A stretch of 64,000 nt of DNA, taken from positions 54,560,001-54,624,000 of the forward strand of contig CM060733.1 in assembly GCA_030704615.1 (NCBI GenBank), given 5' to 3'. A model generated the notes under the pieces. The model had not been told where the DNA came from and ran no database searches. It saw nothing but the letters and a program-made list of their open reading frames with translations. Source of the DNA: Takakia lepidozioides (taxonomy: Eukaryota > Plantae > Bryophyta). Each line of letters begins with the position of its first letter. Positions within the stretch are counted from its first letter, which is position 1. A program made the translations under genes and the position numbers. Positions 32,965 to 48,143 of this stretch are shown here, piece by piece.

Positions 32965-35900
32965 TAGGAACTGGAGGATATGAAACCTAAACCTTAAATC
33001 GTAAATCAATTAAATCCTAAATGCTTGTAGGCATACCTAGCTATGACCAGATGTAAAAACTTCATAATCATCCAAATTTTACATTGAAAAAGATGCAAAT
33101 GCCTTCATATCACAATTGATCACATGTAAAAAGTGTTAGTATGATGACAACAATGCTTATTTACAAGGGAATGGGCATATCCACCCTAGAGCCAGGGGGG
33201 GTTAATAGAACGTGAGCACAAACGGCATGAGCACAAGAAAACGTAGGCGTGAGCACAAAAACACGGCAAATAGGGTACACATGTTTTCACGGAAATAGGA
33301 TTCATGCAAATAGGGATCCAAAATAGCAAAAATGTTAGTTGTGTGCCTATGGTATCCTCCAAAAGAATAACACATTAGGGAAAAACAAAGTCCAACACAC
33401 ATAAATACCAGACAATAATTGAACAATTTAATATAATGAGGCAAACAACAAGTTTCGGTAGCGAAATAAATCAAGGTATCGGGTTTCGCCAGCGAAATAA
33501 TGGGTTTTGACAGCGAAGTTTCTAGGTTTTGCTGCGTAGGTCATTATCAATGGTTTCGTGGGCGAAACAAAATGTGTTGTGTTTGGTTTTGCATATAAGA
33601 GACGACGTGAGATTATTTTATTTCGCTCATGAATTGTTATGTGCTTATTGCAGTATGTCGGTACCCATGTTTTCGTGGGCGAAACAGAATGAAATAATTC
33701 TACTTTCGTGTATTACTGATTGCATTGAGCATCACCTGCACTTGACTAAATATGCAATTAAAAAATAAAATGCAACTATTAAGCAACGAAAATCCTTGAT
33801 AGAGACCGCACCCACCTGATATTCCTTATGCCCCAACATCGAGTGGCTTGCTTGAGCACAAATTTCACATTTTAGTTTAGCCATCGCATCTTTTCAAGAA
33901 TATTCTTGGAATTTCCGGTATATCCTCTTCTGCTTATGTGAGCAGGCGCAAAGAGGCGTGAGCCTGCTCACGTGCTACCCAACCTCGAGCCAGGTACCCC
34001 CAATAGCCTGGACTCAGTGCCCCACCCGGAGACATAATGTGTCGGAATTAGCCGTGACTACTAGGACGTGTGTACTTAGGATGTTGAAAAATTATGCATA
34101 GTTTTGGGTTTAGGGGCTGAACCGAATCCATGGTTAGGGTAGATTTTTCAATGAAGAAAATATGGGGAAACGGACAATGGATCATTTCAACTCCATGGAC
34201 AGTGGTTTTGTTATTGAAGCAGACATTGAATGAAAAGCTTGTTTGATTAGGAGGACATTGTTCAATTACTTGCATTCAGCTATGCACACTGAATATGACA
34301 TATGTGGTTTATTTACATTCACTAAACATCTCATTCAACAGAGTCATTTGAGGTGCACTGATCTAGATAGAGTGTTGTTTTTCATGCAGGTGCGGTTGAA
34401 GAAGCTGCTTGAACCAGTTCACTGGGGACTTGGGATGCCGGGTCAGGTTGTGGGCGTGGTCCACATAGTACAATCCGAACCGTTTGGAGAAGCCCTCAAG
34501 CCACTCAAAGTCGTCCAGCAGTGACCATACAAAGTACCCGCGCACATCACATCCATCCCTGCAGAACGGCACCATGAGTTTACAAAGCTTCCCTCCAAAT
34601 ATGCATGCACTACTTCCCTTGGCGTAACAACCATATTCTGGTCTTGGTCAGTGTGGGTGCCACAAAAAGTCACCTCATTACTGTGCTTCTCATAGGAGGT
34701 TATGAATCACAGCTTGTGAAACGTTTATGTGTAGAGCGTCTACACTCTAGGTGGATAAATAAGTCCTGGAACCGTTTACATTGCATAATAGATCAAGAGA
34801 AAAAGAATCTGTTCCTAACAGAGCAAGTCTCTCTTCTGCCTTAATAATTCACTTACAGATCATATTGCCCTCTGTTCTAGCCTCATGCCATACGTGTGTT
34901 GGAGATTAACTGAAGCTCAAACTCGTCACGCTGGCTGTCAGAACTATGGCATACTGAGATTGCCACTCATCTGCCAAGGTCATCTCATAGGTTCAAAGGC
35001 TTCTATGCTACGACATGTGTACAGTAGGCTAAGGAAAATACTTGATCCTTCAGTTGCCTGACAAATTTGGAGAGCAGCTTTTCCACCTTACTCAGTTCAT
35101 CAGAATGAGAGTGGGGCTGCTACGACTGGACCTGATTCAGTCTTTTTCCTCAACAAATAGTCTTAGTTTGTGATGCAAGAGCTGGGAGTTACCTGATGCT
35201 TGCAATCAGATAGGAAAGGTAGTCATGGTAAAACTGTATGCGGACATGATCTTCTAGACATTCTTCCATTGAAGTGCTGCCATCCTCATCCACACCTGAC
35301 AGCACAACATGTATAGTTCAAGGAGAGCCATGGAGAGGGCCAACTCACAGAGAAAGAGGATATGATAAGTGCAATTCTTTCTCTGGGGAGGTTCAGGATG
35401 GGCTCCCACTGTCTCCAGATAGAGACCAGAAGGTGGGAAAATCTGCCAACGTGAAGACTGACTATGCCCTAAAAGGGTCGGTAGAGGGGCTACCATTCTC
35501 AGTGATGTAAATAGGAGGGTTGTTGTAGCGCAGTCTGACATAGTCGAGAACCTTCTGTATGCCCCAGGGTACTACGGACATCCATGAGGATCCAGCCTGC
35601 AAACAGCCCTCAGTCCCCCAATCATTAAACAAGAGTAGCACTCCTGGTAAAGATGTGAGTAGACTGCTCTGCAAAGGTCTTCCTGGAGGAGCAGATTGTT
35701 TGTACCCTTTACTCTTTTTGCAGCATGGAATAAACATCCTCATTAGTTGAATGCCTTGCTATCAGGGGATGTCAAAGCCTTACCGCCTCTCACGCCTGCT
35801 GCTGGTGGGGTCTAATCTGTTATGGAACTGTGATAGCTCTCTCCCAAACTTACAACGTCCCATGTCCGAGTTTGAACTTGACTATGGCTGGTCTTAAATA

Positions 35901-37899
35901 TGGATGTGTTTACGTGGCCATACAAGAGAGAGTGCAAGAGAAAAACCATAACATTTACTCCACTCACAGACTCAGAGGGAGCAAGGAGGGGAGAAAAGGG
36001 AAAAAGAGGAAATCACAAGGTTTGGCCATAGAGAACCCATGAGCATATTGGCAAAGGCAAGGAGGTTGAAAGACGAGGGAACTACTGCCTGTCTGACTGG
36101 GATTTAACCAGACATCTCTTCATATTTGAGATTTATGAGTTCCTAATTCATAGCCAGGAGGCCAGGGCAACCATTTTTAGTGGATCCTCGTTGAAGTCTA
36201 CAATAGAGAGCCCTGTGCAATCCACCCAGCTTGGAAGGGGGTTAAGGCAGTACACTGAGCACTACTAGTGAATTCTTCCAGGATGAACCTTTTAACATCC
36301 TAGTAAAAAGCTGAACTCTTTGAAGGCGCCCTCTGTTCAGAACCGGATGAGTCCTAACCCTATGCTGGGATAATGGGGCCCTATTGCGTGGGTGGTCAAG
36401 ACAAAAGCACCCCTGAATCAATCTTCTTCAGTTTAACAAAGAAGTGTGCAAGTTGGTGGCTTAAAGATGCAAAAAGATTTCAGAGCAAGAGTATTGGGAA
36501 GTACCAAAGGGCCAATTGGAACGCCATTCTTCGATGCTGTCAAGGCCCCATCCCAACACATCATTAGGCCATGTCTCAGCAGGCACTCTCCTACTACATA
36601 TGATAGGATTGCATCAGAGCAGTACAATGATCTCCAAACAGTATATCCAAAGTCATCAACGACCAACAAACTGTCTTGAAATGCTTAGTCTTCACATAAA
36701 ATGGAATATGAAATCATGGTTCAACAACATTTCTTTCGTCCAACAATGTACTGGCTCAAGGTGAGAAATCTACAAGCGTGCAACGGATTCAGATATGAGA
36801 TAGACGAAGGAAAAAACAAGAATGACCATCCTAGGCCAGAAATGAAATGATAAGAAATACAATTAAACATAATAATGTGCATAAGACATGAAACGTTATG
36901 CGGCCACAGAGGGGGGAACGAGAGAGAGAGAGAGGCCATACAAGATAGTATGGCCTGCGTGTCCATGTATTCGTCCACAATGGTAGAGAAGCTGGACGAG
37001 TTTGGTTGATTTGATACCTAATGAGTGGTGTAGTGATTGATACCAATAAAATCCACAGACCCTTTTATAGCATGTGATTCGCTCTCTGAGAGAATAGGAA
37101 GGCGGTCCCCAAGGAGAACTTGCATGGCTGCAGGATATTTTCCAAAATAAATTGGGTCCAAAAACCTGCAAGCTTCCCAAGTACCTTCCAGTGAGAGAAG
37201 TATTTCACAGTTCTTTTCCTATTATTGTCTCCTCCCCCTATATCCATCCCCTTCCACTCCAGCCTAACTGAGTGCGTGGGGGTGGCACTTCATGTGATAC
37301 TCACCATTGCAATCCAAATGCTCGTACTCGCTCAGCAGCATCAATGTTCTCCACAGAGTCAGACATGGGTTCATATCACTGCATGTCCATGATGATGCCA
37401 ATAGAGCCCTTTTGCTGTGCCTGCCTTCCACAACAAAAGCACTATTAAATTGAAACACGCACATATTGGCAAAGAACCAGCTGATACAATCGCATTGATA
37501 CCGATGGAGCAGTGACCAGCTTTGAGCTCAATCAAGAGAATATTCCTCAGCGAGTAAGTGGCTCAGTAAAATGCTGGAGCTCTTTTGCTGTATAGTGACC
37601 CATGGGCTGGGTACCATTTAATCTTTTACAGTGCATTGTACTTACCATGATGTGCGCTTGACTACCTTTGTGCCTGTCTCCCACCCCCAACAGATGTCCA
37701 CTCTTTTGCTCACAGGCTATGAGTGTCCAAAGATAGACAGTTGTCTATCAGACCCTATATACTTTGTGGATTAAATCAGAGGCCTGCAAAACCCTCCACA
37801 AGCACCGGGGAGTGTAACCTGACGTTCTCTGAAGCCATTTTATGGGGAAAGAGATTTTAGATGAGGAAATTTTTATAGTATCCACAGGGAACACAGACA

Positions 37900-38950
37900 G
37901 AGAAATGAAATGAAATGAAATGGTGCTTTATAACGTCCACGGAAAGCTCATAGAGCTTATGGGACAAAATGGAAGAAAACATGAGAGAGGAACAAATCCA
38001 GAAACCAAGAATAACAATTAATGTTCTAGCGATTGTCTAAGGGTGAAGGCCTCGTGCAGGTGCCTGCCAATCATTTTTGATCCTCATAGTGGAAGACATC
38101 AGTGAGAGTTTAGGTTCCACTGAATAAACAGTGGAATCTCCCACAGATCTCGTAGTATAGAGGGCAGTAGAAGAAGTGTTCTTCAGTTTCAATTTCCTGG
38201 CTGCGCCCTATGCAAGCTGGACATAGGCGGTCCTCCCGTTGCAGGTTTTCCCATCTGCCAGTCTCTATCCGTAGGTTGTGGGAACCCACCCTGAACCGCC
38301 CCAATGCCCTCAGGAGGGAAGGAGATTCTGGGACAGCCAATCTTTGGCTGAGGTCTTCCATTTTATGAGGACCAGAAATGCTTGGGAGCATGTCTGCACA
38401 AGGCTTTCCATCTTAGAGAATCTCTGGACAAATAGTTGCTTTTGGGCTGCTTGTTGAGGGCCGCACTTTCTTTTTCCGTGTCCTTCTTTTGTCCCATCAG
38501 CTCTTTGAGAGTTCCTTGGACATTGCTTCCCTACTGCCCCAAAATACGGAGTTTGGAATTTTCTTCCAAACACGGCCACAACAAATGCATCAAGCAGGGG
38601 CTGATGGAACTTTGTGTTAGGCGGAGCTGGAAAGCAGTTTATCTTACAACAAAACTACAGTTCTATCGGGAGACATTCTTGGTCCTCCACAGCCCCATTA
38701 TTTGTCTGTGATTCTATCTCCATCTCTTCTAAGGGCATTAGGGAGGTTTCTAGTGTGTTGTCACACTGTCTGCAGATAGAGACTGGTAGGTGGGACAACC
38801 TGGATCTTTCTTTTTACAGGTGTAACCAGTTTTGTTCTTCCCCGGTCTTCCTGCAACGCCATCTCAAAATTTTAGGCAAGCTCTGCAAAGACTATGAGAT
38901 GCAAGTCAATCTTAGCAAGACCAAGATCATGGTCTTCAATGGCCAGGCTG
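37900..38950 (-). mobile_element. LINE 3' fragments in a GH1 intron: C-terminal Cys/His domain, 3' UTR and (TTTCA)n tail, plus an inverted RT-thumb piece
   Basis: RFRVGSHNLRIETGRW...RLCPAC...ETEEHFFYCPLY (38110-38391, minus); VNLSKTKIMVFNG on plus near 38900; (GAAAT)n at ~37901-37921. Confidence 0.75.
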
Positions 38951-39605
38951 ATCGTAAATAGGCAGCGAGAGGGGAGGGAGGGAAGCTGACCTGAAACCTT
39001 GTGCAATAGACTTCAACAGCAGCGGCATGTGAGAGAAGCATGTAATGGCCTGTCATGTAAGGCTGGGTCCTGCTATCCCCAGGTCCACAACTACCAGAAG
39101 GGCCATTGCAACCTACATTGAGGGTCAGGTGTGCTGCCTTCTGTGGCGCATTCAATGTAATCCAGTACTTCACCCGGTCTCCAAAGGCGAGAAAACATGC
39201 CTCTGCATAGTCTGAAAAGAGGGGCCTGCGGGGATGAAAATGAACCCACTGTGACACACTGTTTCATGAATTGAATGATGATACACAAAGGCAAGAGCCT
39301 GTGTCGCCACCACCAAGGCCAAGGAAATTGATCCTCATAGTTGGTTGTAATGTACAAGGTAAAATTGAGCTTCACCCCTGCTAGAAAAGTGACCCTGAGT
39401 TGCAAGTGGAGGTGTCTAAGCAAATCTGCATGTGTATTACACTAAGAACACTTCTGCAGTAGAGAATGACAAAATCCGTCTTGTGCTTTCAGGACAGTAC
39501 TTACATAATAAAGAAGAAGCTAGACATGAATTCCCAAGAAGCATGCCTGTCCAATCTCAGTAGAGAGGAGGCAGATGTAAAACAAATAAGATATGGAAGA
39601 TCTTA

Positions 39606-39767
<162 letters not shown>

Positions 39768-41745
39768 TTAACCCACATACACACTGGCTGTTGGTTTTTC
39801 CGTGCTGAAGGGAACCCATTTGCCCAAACGATTATATCAAGTGCTGGATACATCAAATGCCACCCAATGACGAAATGCCTTGTCAGATTTCTGCTATAGT
39901 TAGCAAGCATCATCAAGACAGGCTTTTCAACTCAGTTCACCACTCGGCTTTGTGTACGGGTACATTACCTATATTTATGGGTTGAATTGTGTGTTGAAAT
40001 CTACCCTGGCAAGGAAATGTGCCTACCGTGAGTAAGGAGGCCATCAATCAGACGGTTGTAGTAGGCCACACCTTCCTCATTAACTGCTGGACCTCTCCCA
40101 TCTGCATTAAGAAAATACATAATTGATTGTGATTCAACTAGAAAGTTTGAGGTTAATCTTGTTGCTTCACTCTTACTTCAACAGCACGAAAGGTATGACT
40201 CGGATAGATACCACGAGGAGAAGAAGACAAAGTGGGGATCCTTCAGCGACATTGAGCTAATAACCTCAAAAACTGTATAAGGTACTGATGTTGACATCAG
40301 TATGGCAAACACAAACAATTGTGACTTTGACCTTTTCCTTATCTCTGGAAGCACTTGTGGATGATAATAACTCTACCTGGGAATATGCGGGTCCAAGCGA
40401 TGGAGAAGCGATAGGCGTCCACACCCAGGTCCACCAGAAGTCCTATGTCCTCCTAAGTTCCCAGAACCCGATAATCCTCATCATTTGAGATTCAACTTAG
40501 ATTCACTGGCCAGTTTTCTTCCCAGAGCGATCACCTTGCATTTTAACCTTAGAATGACTAAAGCTACACAATCTCACATACTGCCAGATGAGTTTCAAAT
40601 GAGAGGGAGACTTCAAGAAGTATTGGGAGTACTTCACCCATGAAGGGTTTTTCATTTTAGTTTGTCGTCCACCAAGTGATGCCTAGTAGAGGCAAAGCTC
40701 CCGAATGCAACCTATGTTCCTTTGGTACATATCTTCGTTTTATAATGTAGCCTGGCTGTCCGAGATATGGATTGCCAATGCTGTTGCACCGAAGTGGATG
40801 GTGTAGAAACATCCTCTAAAACGTCAATTCTCTTGCACGTCTTGCACGTTATATGTTCATCTTCACTCTGAGGAACCAATGAGTAGACCCTTCTTCACTA
40901 TCCAGGGGTCGAGATGAAGGAGTCCCAGGGCATGTTTTCCACTTGGTCTTGCCTCTGCAAGCTTGAAGAAGAAGTGCACGCACTTCTACCCCCGCATACA
41001 TGTGTTCCATAATGCAATACCTGTACTGGGTCTGGGAACTCTTAAAAACCGAGAATCTCTAATATATATTCGAAGGAGATGCTTTTGATGGTGAAAGACT
41101 TCATCTGCAAATAGGTAGTTCGAACCTGATATCGGTGGTATTGATCAACGGCGACATCACCCGTGCTGTTGTCGTCGATTCTCCCTATAGACCCACCACC
41201 CATCTTCCTCTCAATCTGCTACAAAAGGGTTTCGGGAACGATCAGCAGCTCCAGGCTCGAGTGACCAGGAATTTCAATGTGAGTTCCTAGGATTCACTAC
41301 ATACAAGCAGGAGTCTTTAAAGCACTTGGTTGAAACAAGCTGGGAATCGAACCTGGAGTGTGAGTTTCAGTGTCCCAAACACTTGGTCCTCGGCCGCCAT
41401 CGTTCACACCACCTTCATACTGAAAGCAGAAGGATAGAAAGAGACACTGTGAGTCCCGGTTCAATTGGAACTTCTAGAACGATTGCCACTCCACAGTGAT
41501 GGACTGGGTCAGTAGTGAATGTTCATGGCCCCAGAGCTTTACAGTGAGTACTGTAAGGTGCCCTCCTTTGCTTCCTATCTTCATGAGCCATGTGACTTCT
41601 ATTGCCCGAATCATATAGTATATAACCCGAGGTGACGAGTCCTCGACATTCACTTGCAACCCATTCAGAGAAATCCAACCTCGAAAACCGCTGAATTGAA
41701 GTCTCTCGAATACAAAATTCCAGTTGTGTGAGTGTGTTTGTGTGT

Positions 41746-41753
<8 letters not shown>

Positions 41754-41795
<42 letters not shown>
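41754..41795. repeat. (GA)n microsatellite in GH1 intron 1
   Basis: Uninterrupted GA run. Confidence 0.95.
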
Positions 41796-41797
<2 letters not shown>

Positions 41798-42339
41798 ACC
41801 TGGTAGGCAGAAGAGGAAGCGCCGAACACAAATCCAGCGGGAAAGTCATTCCTGCCAAGCACGTTAGATCCCCCAACAGCCTGTGGTGTATCTGTTATTA
41901 ACATTTCTGAACCAATCCCCCCTTCATTGAGCCAGGGACGCGCCCCGGCCCAAGGGATCATTAGCATCACCATCACCATCACCATTGTAACTCTAACAGC
42001 TGACATGTCCATCTTTCTCAAACACAAGTCTGCAGCTGAGACAGATCTGTGCATGATTGCTTTCATTCTGTGCTTTCCTCCCCACTCCTCCCTCCCTGTG
42101 ACTGCAGTGACTGCGCTCCACCCACAATTGGGCTACGACTGTATGGCCTTCAATTGATCGCACATCTCAGTTCACATGCGATAATTCGATAAAATCCTGG
42201 ATATAACCAGTGTTGGACCCGTATATATGTCCAACCCGGGTATCAATACCGATACCAACCGGTGTAGGTAATACCAAGGTAGGTAGGGTGGCCAATACCA
42301 TATTAGGGGCAATACATACCTCACTCCATACTATGGTAT

Positions 42340-43685
42340 GTACCAGTGTTGTACTAGTCGGCGGGGGTATGTACAAAGGTATAGGTAAGGGTATGCCACA
42401 ACCCAACCTATACGGGGGGTGTGTGTAGAACTTAGGGTTTAGGGTTCCAAACATACCCAACTGATACCATACCAGAGTAGCTGGCGGAGCAACACTGCGA
42501 TTGCGAACCGTACTCAAGTGGGAGTGTTTCGAGAGTCATGGGAGGGGTAGCACTTATGGCATAAATTGGTCAGCGTACAAGGTACAATGTGTAGGATTTC
42601 TTCAGTTTTTGTCATGGCATCCAGCTTTTTTCCCATTTTTACAATCCAGCCTTACAATACAAAGACCTTCACTAGTTTATGAGCAGTACAAATTAGTTTG
42701 CATGGGTATGTGTGATTGCAATTGTTTTTTTACCTTTTGTATGTTGCCCTCAATGGGCCCAACAGGTAGCCTGGCCCAGTGTAGGTTAGGATCAGTGTTT
42801 TATTTTTCATATTTCCAAAATCGCTGCCAGGGCCACATGTGGATTCCACCCATTGCCCATGTGGCGAGAATATCGAGGTGACAAAGTTAGAAAAGTGGCT
42901 ATATTCCAGGTTTCACGTTTTCATTGGTCCATGTCGGCAAGATTAGGCTCCTGAATTTATCTCCCAGTGCTTTTTGGCGAAAATCTCGGACTTTACCCCC
43001 CATGATTCCTTTATACAAGTAGCTGACCGAATTTCCAAGTCGAATTTTTGCCAGAAAGAAACACACTGGTTAGGATTGGCCTGGATAGGTTATAAGAGGG
43101 GTATGGGTATTTCCAATTTTGAGATACCCAGGTCCTGGGCATGGGTATGGCAAAAACTCAAATGACATATTGGGGCAGCATATGGTATACTCAACAGTCA
43201 TCATACTGTAATCAAAGCTGAAAAAAACCAGATTGAGGGCAACAAAAAGGTAAAAAAGAAATTGCAATCACACATACCCATGCAAACTAACTTCCTAGCT
43301 CATATAAATTAGTGAAGGTCTTTGTATTGTAAGGCTGGATTGTAACAAATTGGAGAAAAGCTGGATGCCATGACAGAAACTGAAGAAATCCTACACATTG
43401 TACTTTGTATGCCATACCTTGTACGCTGACCAATTTATGCCATAAGTACTACCCTTCCCATCTGGAAACACTCCCGCCCCAGTTCGCATTCGCAGTATTG
43501 CTCCGCTAGCTACTGTGACTGGTATGGTGTTAGTTGGGTATGTTTGGAACCCTAAACCCTAAGTTCTACACACCCCCCGGGTCTAGGTTGCATCACATAC
43601 CAGCCGGGTTGGTTGTGGCATACCCTTACCTATACCCTTGTACATACCCCCACCGAGTGGCACATACCAGTACAACACTGGTTTA
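42340..43685. mobile_element. Foldback / long-TIR non-autonomous element
   Basis: ~420-bp inverted arms (~42340-42755 and ~43230-43685), e.g. GGTATAGGTAAGGGTATGCCACAACC vs GGTTGTGGCATACCCTTACCTATACC, around a ~470-bp spacer. Confidence 0.75.
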
Positions 43686-44303
43686 TACCCTCAGGAAGGT
43701 TGTTCCTATCACATTCCACATTGAAAAAATCCATACAACATTATTTACCTTACAAAAGGTTGTTCTTTATGAATTCTTATTAATTTTAGGCAAGTAATAG
43801 AAGAGGCCCTGGAGTTTAATGCGCCATCAGCGAGGCTGCCTACGTGGCCCTCCCCCCCTCACCCCCATGGCGGCTCCTGCGTTGGTCACGGTCGCTGCGA
43901 CGCGTCGCTCCCATCCGCCCGCTCGCCTCCGTTGCCGCTTCAAACCCGTCACACATGAATCATGTCACACAGCCATGCATGTTGAACATGTTCATCATCC
44001 CGGAGTTGCACATCACGCATGTAACAGAGGCATCCATCATCACCAAGATATGACACCTCCACATAGATGCATGGATCGTCACACATCGATTCAAAATTCA
44101 AATTTGAACTTCTAAATAAATATTTTAATCGATTGCACCGGATGATTTCTGTCATGTACCGGATGATTACTTTCGTACGGGCAATTGGCCACCTGTCTCC
44201 ATCTTCCTCCTCCTCATCATTGTCCTCAAAATTCTCCGATCACCATTGTAGCAGCGTTTGACACTCGTGCATGCAGTGTGAACCCGACTGCTACTGAAAC
44301 GAC

Positions 44304-47125
44304 ATGTCTGTACATGACAGAAGTGAAGAGTTTATCCCCCAAGTTGTCCCCCATCTTGTTTCGAATCTTCAAAATCAAGTGCAATCTCCGAACGCAGGTG
44401 CTTTCAATCACAATGTCTTACAATGGCGTTATCAATGGCATGGTATCCCTCCCGGTGAAGACAACGCTTCAGTGGCCTACATTCCATGGAGTCGTGTGAA
44501 TGATCTCCAAACTGGGGAATTATCCCGCCCTGATGGGCCATGCACTTTCCGCAAACATCGCCAAAGAGGTTGTCCACATGGATCACTCCTCGCTCACGCA
44601 CGAATAGTGCCTTAAGTCTAACAAGGTAAAACTATGTGAACTCCATGTAATACAGTATTATTTCGTGTCATCATTGGGGGCCCCTTGCTGTATGAGTCTT
44701 GGAGTCGCTCCATTGCAGTATGAGTAATGTACCATGGTTTCTTTCGTAGGTATCACTGCTCTAATGGGCCAGAGGACAAGATGACTACGCTCTTGGAGGT
44801 AACCTCCATGGTAGCCAAGAAATGGAAACCACGACCTCCCAAGAAGAAGGGGAGAAAGCCAAGTCTTGTGGAATCTGCCAGCGAGCAAAAACCAAAACAA
44901 ATGAGGACCACAAAAACGAAATCTGGGGAGGGCATAAAGAGGGGATGTGTATGTCGGTTTGTAGTGAAGCAATGCTATGTTGACCCTGAAATTGCAGAGT
45001 TGGTATATTACGAGAAGAGACACGTCAATGGAGCTGGAGAGATATGTCATGGGCCTGCACATGAAATTGGGCGTGCTGCATTAGCTCCCCACGTCAGTGA
45101 AGACATGAAAGCATGGGTAATGCACAACTTGCGGTTAGGGCTAAGCATCAATAGAATAATGGCGAAGCACACACAACGGGTAAAGGAGATGATGGATGCT
45201 GGATTGGAGGTCAACCGTGATACTTTCCTCCTTTCATGGGACATCCGGAATATTGCCAACAACTGTGATGAAGAAACATTCAAAAAACATTCAAATGATA
45301 CACGTAGTGTCCGCATGTGGGTGGAGGCCAATCCACATAGTGTTTTCTACTACCAGGAAGAATCGAACCACCCTGCATGGACTTCCAATGACAGAAAACT
45401 CGACCTCCCATTTGTGCTGTGCATACAAACTGAATGGCAGAAACAACAGATGGTGAACCATGGACATTCGCGAATAGTGGCGTGCGATGCAACTTTCAGG
45501 ACAAATGAAAAAAAGGTGAACTTCATTCTAATGCAATGTGTATTAGAAGACCTGCAAATGCACTTTACATCATAACATGTACATTCCATATGCATGAAAG
45601 AATTTGTAACATCTGTTTTACATGATTGTTGCTGCAGTATCCATTGTACACCATGATGGTGTTTGATGAGTGGTTGAATGGAATTCCAGTCGCGTACATT
45701 ATCATGGCTAGGTGCAAAACCAAAGATCTGCAACCTTGGATGGAGGCACTAAACGACCAAATGAAAGCCAAGAAAGTCGACTGGCGCCCCCAATGCGTTT
45801 ATTGTCAACGATGCAGATGCAAAAATTGCAGCCATCAGGTACCTGCAACTTTACAAAACAATTGCTTGGTCATTGCTTGCATGTAAATGTGTTTTATACT
45901 ACTTGAACCTGATAAGGAATAGATGTGTGTGGGGGGATTGTGCAATTTTCCTGTGCTTGTGGCATGTGAGGCGAGCTTGGCAAAAGAAAGTAGTCAGCAA
46001 GGTCAAAGATGTAGCAGTACGTGCGGCTGTGTTACAGGACCTTGCACAAATCATGTATGACAGATGAGACACCTCCGGGGATGCAGGTGAGGCATGGGCA
46101 GTATACAAGATAATTTCATTGCGGGAGAAGTATCCTTCTGAGACTGATTTCTGCAACTACATGGAGACCGAGTGGCTTCCCAAAGCTAAAATGTGGATCA
46201 CCGGAACACGGAACATTCCCCATGCCTCTCAAGATACTAATGCTGCCATTGAAGCTTATCATGGGAACCTTAAAGCGCAACTGAAGTGTACCAAAAGTGT
46301 CCTTACTAGTAGGCGGGTTGACTGGCTCATCTCAGAAGTGATGTCCTTACCCATTATTGGTACATGTCTCATGCGAAGGCTTATGGATTTGTTCGAAACA
46401 AGCGGCAAGAGGGATTTATTTGTAGTACCATATTGCTTGCCAAACACATTCCTAATGAGAACGTGACTCTGCCCGATAGACCCGGAGGCCCCGCAAAAGT
46501 TGAATATCATCGACATTTGGGTGACACGTTCATAGTTCACAATCCCGACTCAAAGTGGGCTTGTTGTGATTGCCCTTGGGCCCTCAAAGGCAATATGTGT
46601 GCACACCAAGTCAAGGTTTTGAAGATGTTGCACCCTCATCTCGAAGATGGGCTCATCGCAAAGTTCTGTGGATCTCTCATGGGCACATCAAAAGGTGGCC
46701 TTCAGAATTTGGTGACAGGTTCACAATCCCCCTCCCCTCCATGTGGTCTAACTCCTCCAAATTTGAAATCCCCTTCTATGTCTGTAAAAATCCCTCTTCA
46801 TGGAAGTCCCTTGCATATTAACCTCATGGCCTCAATTTCTACAGAATGGCAGAGTATTCTTGAATTGACACAGAAGAATGACTTCCTCCAGCAACATCTG
46901 CTTGCCCTCGTGAGAGCTGCAAAGGGAAAGATTTTGGACTTGACTGCCATGATGGAGGAGGGCCTTCAATACCCTGGTGAAGAGCCAGTTATGACTGTTG
47001 TTGATGATGGGAAGGGAAAGTCCCTCGTACGCTTCAAAGACTTTTTGGAGAGGCATGGGCACAATCACAATGGCAGGCCCGCACCCGCAAATTGTAGGAT
47101 GAGGAAGAGGCTATACACAGGGTGA
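44304..47125 (+). pseudogene. MULE DDE transposase with SWIM zinc finger (multi-exon, disrupted)
   Basis: KRGCVCRFVVK, PFVLCIQTEWQ, ACDATFRTN|YPLYTMMVFD...GIPVAYII, FLCLWHVRRAW, TNAAIEAYH, SWIM CDCPWALKGNMCAHQ. Stop at 46065; frameshifts near 45790 and 46340. Confidence 0.88.
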
Positions 47126-48143
47126 AAGGCATGAAGGTACTGCCCTACACTTCCTGAAATTCAGTTTGCAAAGTGCAATCCTGATGCAGATCCACTGACA
47201 GCATGAATTCGACCATTTCACTGTGCAGGGACAATGATGCCACCTCTCAGAGGGAAGATGGAAACTGTTGGATACGTGCTAACATATATGCCTTGTTCTG
47301 GCATGTGAGCTCTCATAGTTCCGTAATTTTGAAATTATGTGTTAGGTACTCTCCCTACAATCACAATTTGTATTGACTGATGCCTCTGCTGTTTAGAAGG
47401 GATTATACTCCCCGCTTTTCAATCCACATGCTATGGACTATGCTCTGGACGGCAGGGTTTACATGTTCAACATCTTTGTTAGCAACATAATTGGACCTCT
47501 TTCATCTCAGTTCAGAGTTTGTTTTCAAACGTGCACCGACACTCCATCATAAACGTACATTATAATGTACAATTTCAGTCACCAAGTAAGCTTTTGTTTC
47601 ACATTCGACCAGATTTCATGTCAGTTGAGGATCAGTTTGTAACGTGCACTGGCACTCCCCTATAAACTGAAACAAATTAAAGAACATCTTCAGTCATCAA
47701 GTAAGATCTTCTTCCCTTATCATGCACAGGTCCGTGCACCCCATGGACAACAACAATTGCTATGTATCGTGGTCATATTTGAACATGACACTTTTACATC
47801 AACACTAATTGGAAGTCAACACCATGTTTTCACCACACTGTAATTACCATAAAATGTGGGATAAGCAACATGTGTACACAAAGATCATTCTTCTACCACG
47901 TCAACCTGCTAAGGAAATGTTTGGCCCTCCGCTGGAATGTCCATTTTCCCGCTCCCTATCATGTACTACATTCAGAATGACCTGACTCAAACTAACACAA
48001 TATCATGAACCATGTAACTCATACATACATACAATTGAAACATACGTCGCAGCTCCATAGGAGTCCTGGATTCTAGCTCGTTTCTCAGTTGCCTCTTTCC
48101 ATCGCCCTCTCATTTCTTACTCCTTTGAGCTGCCCATCACATT

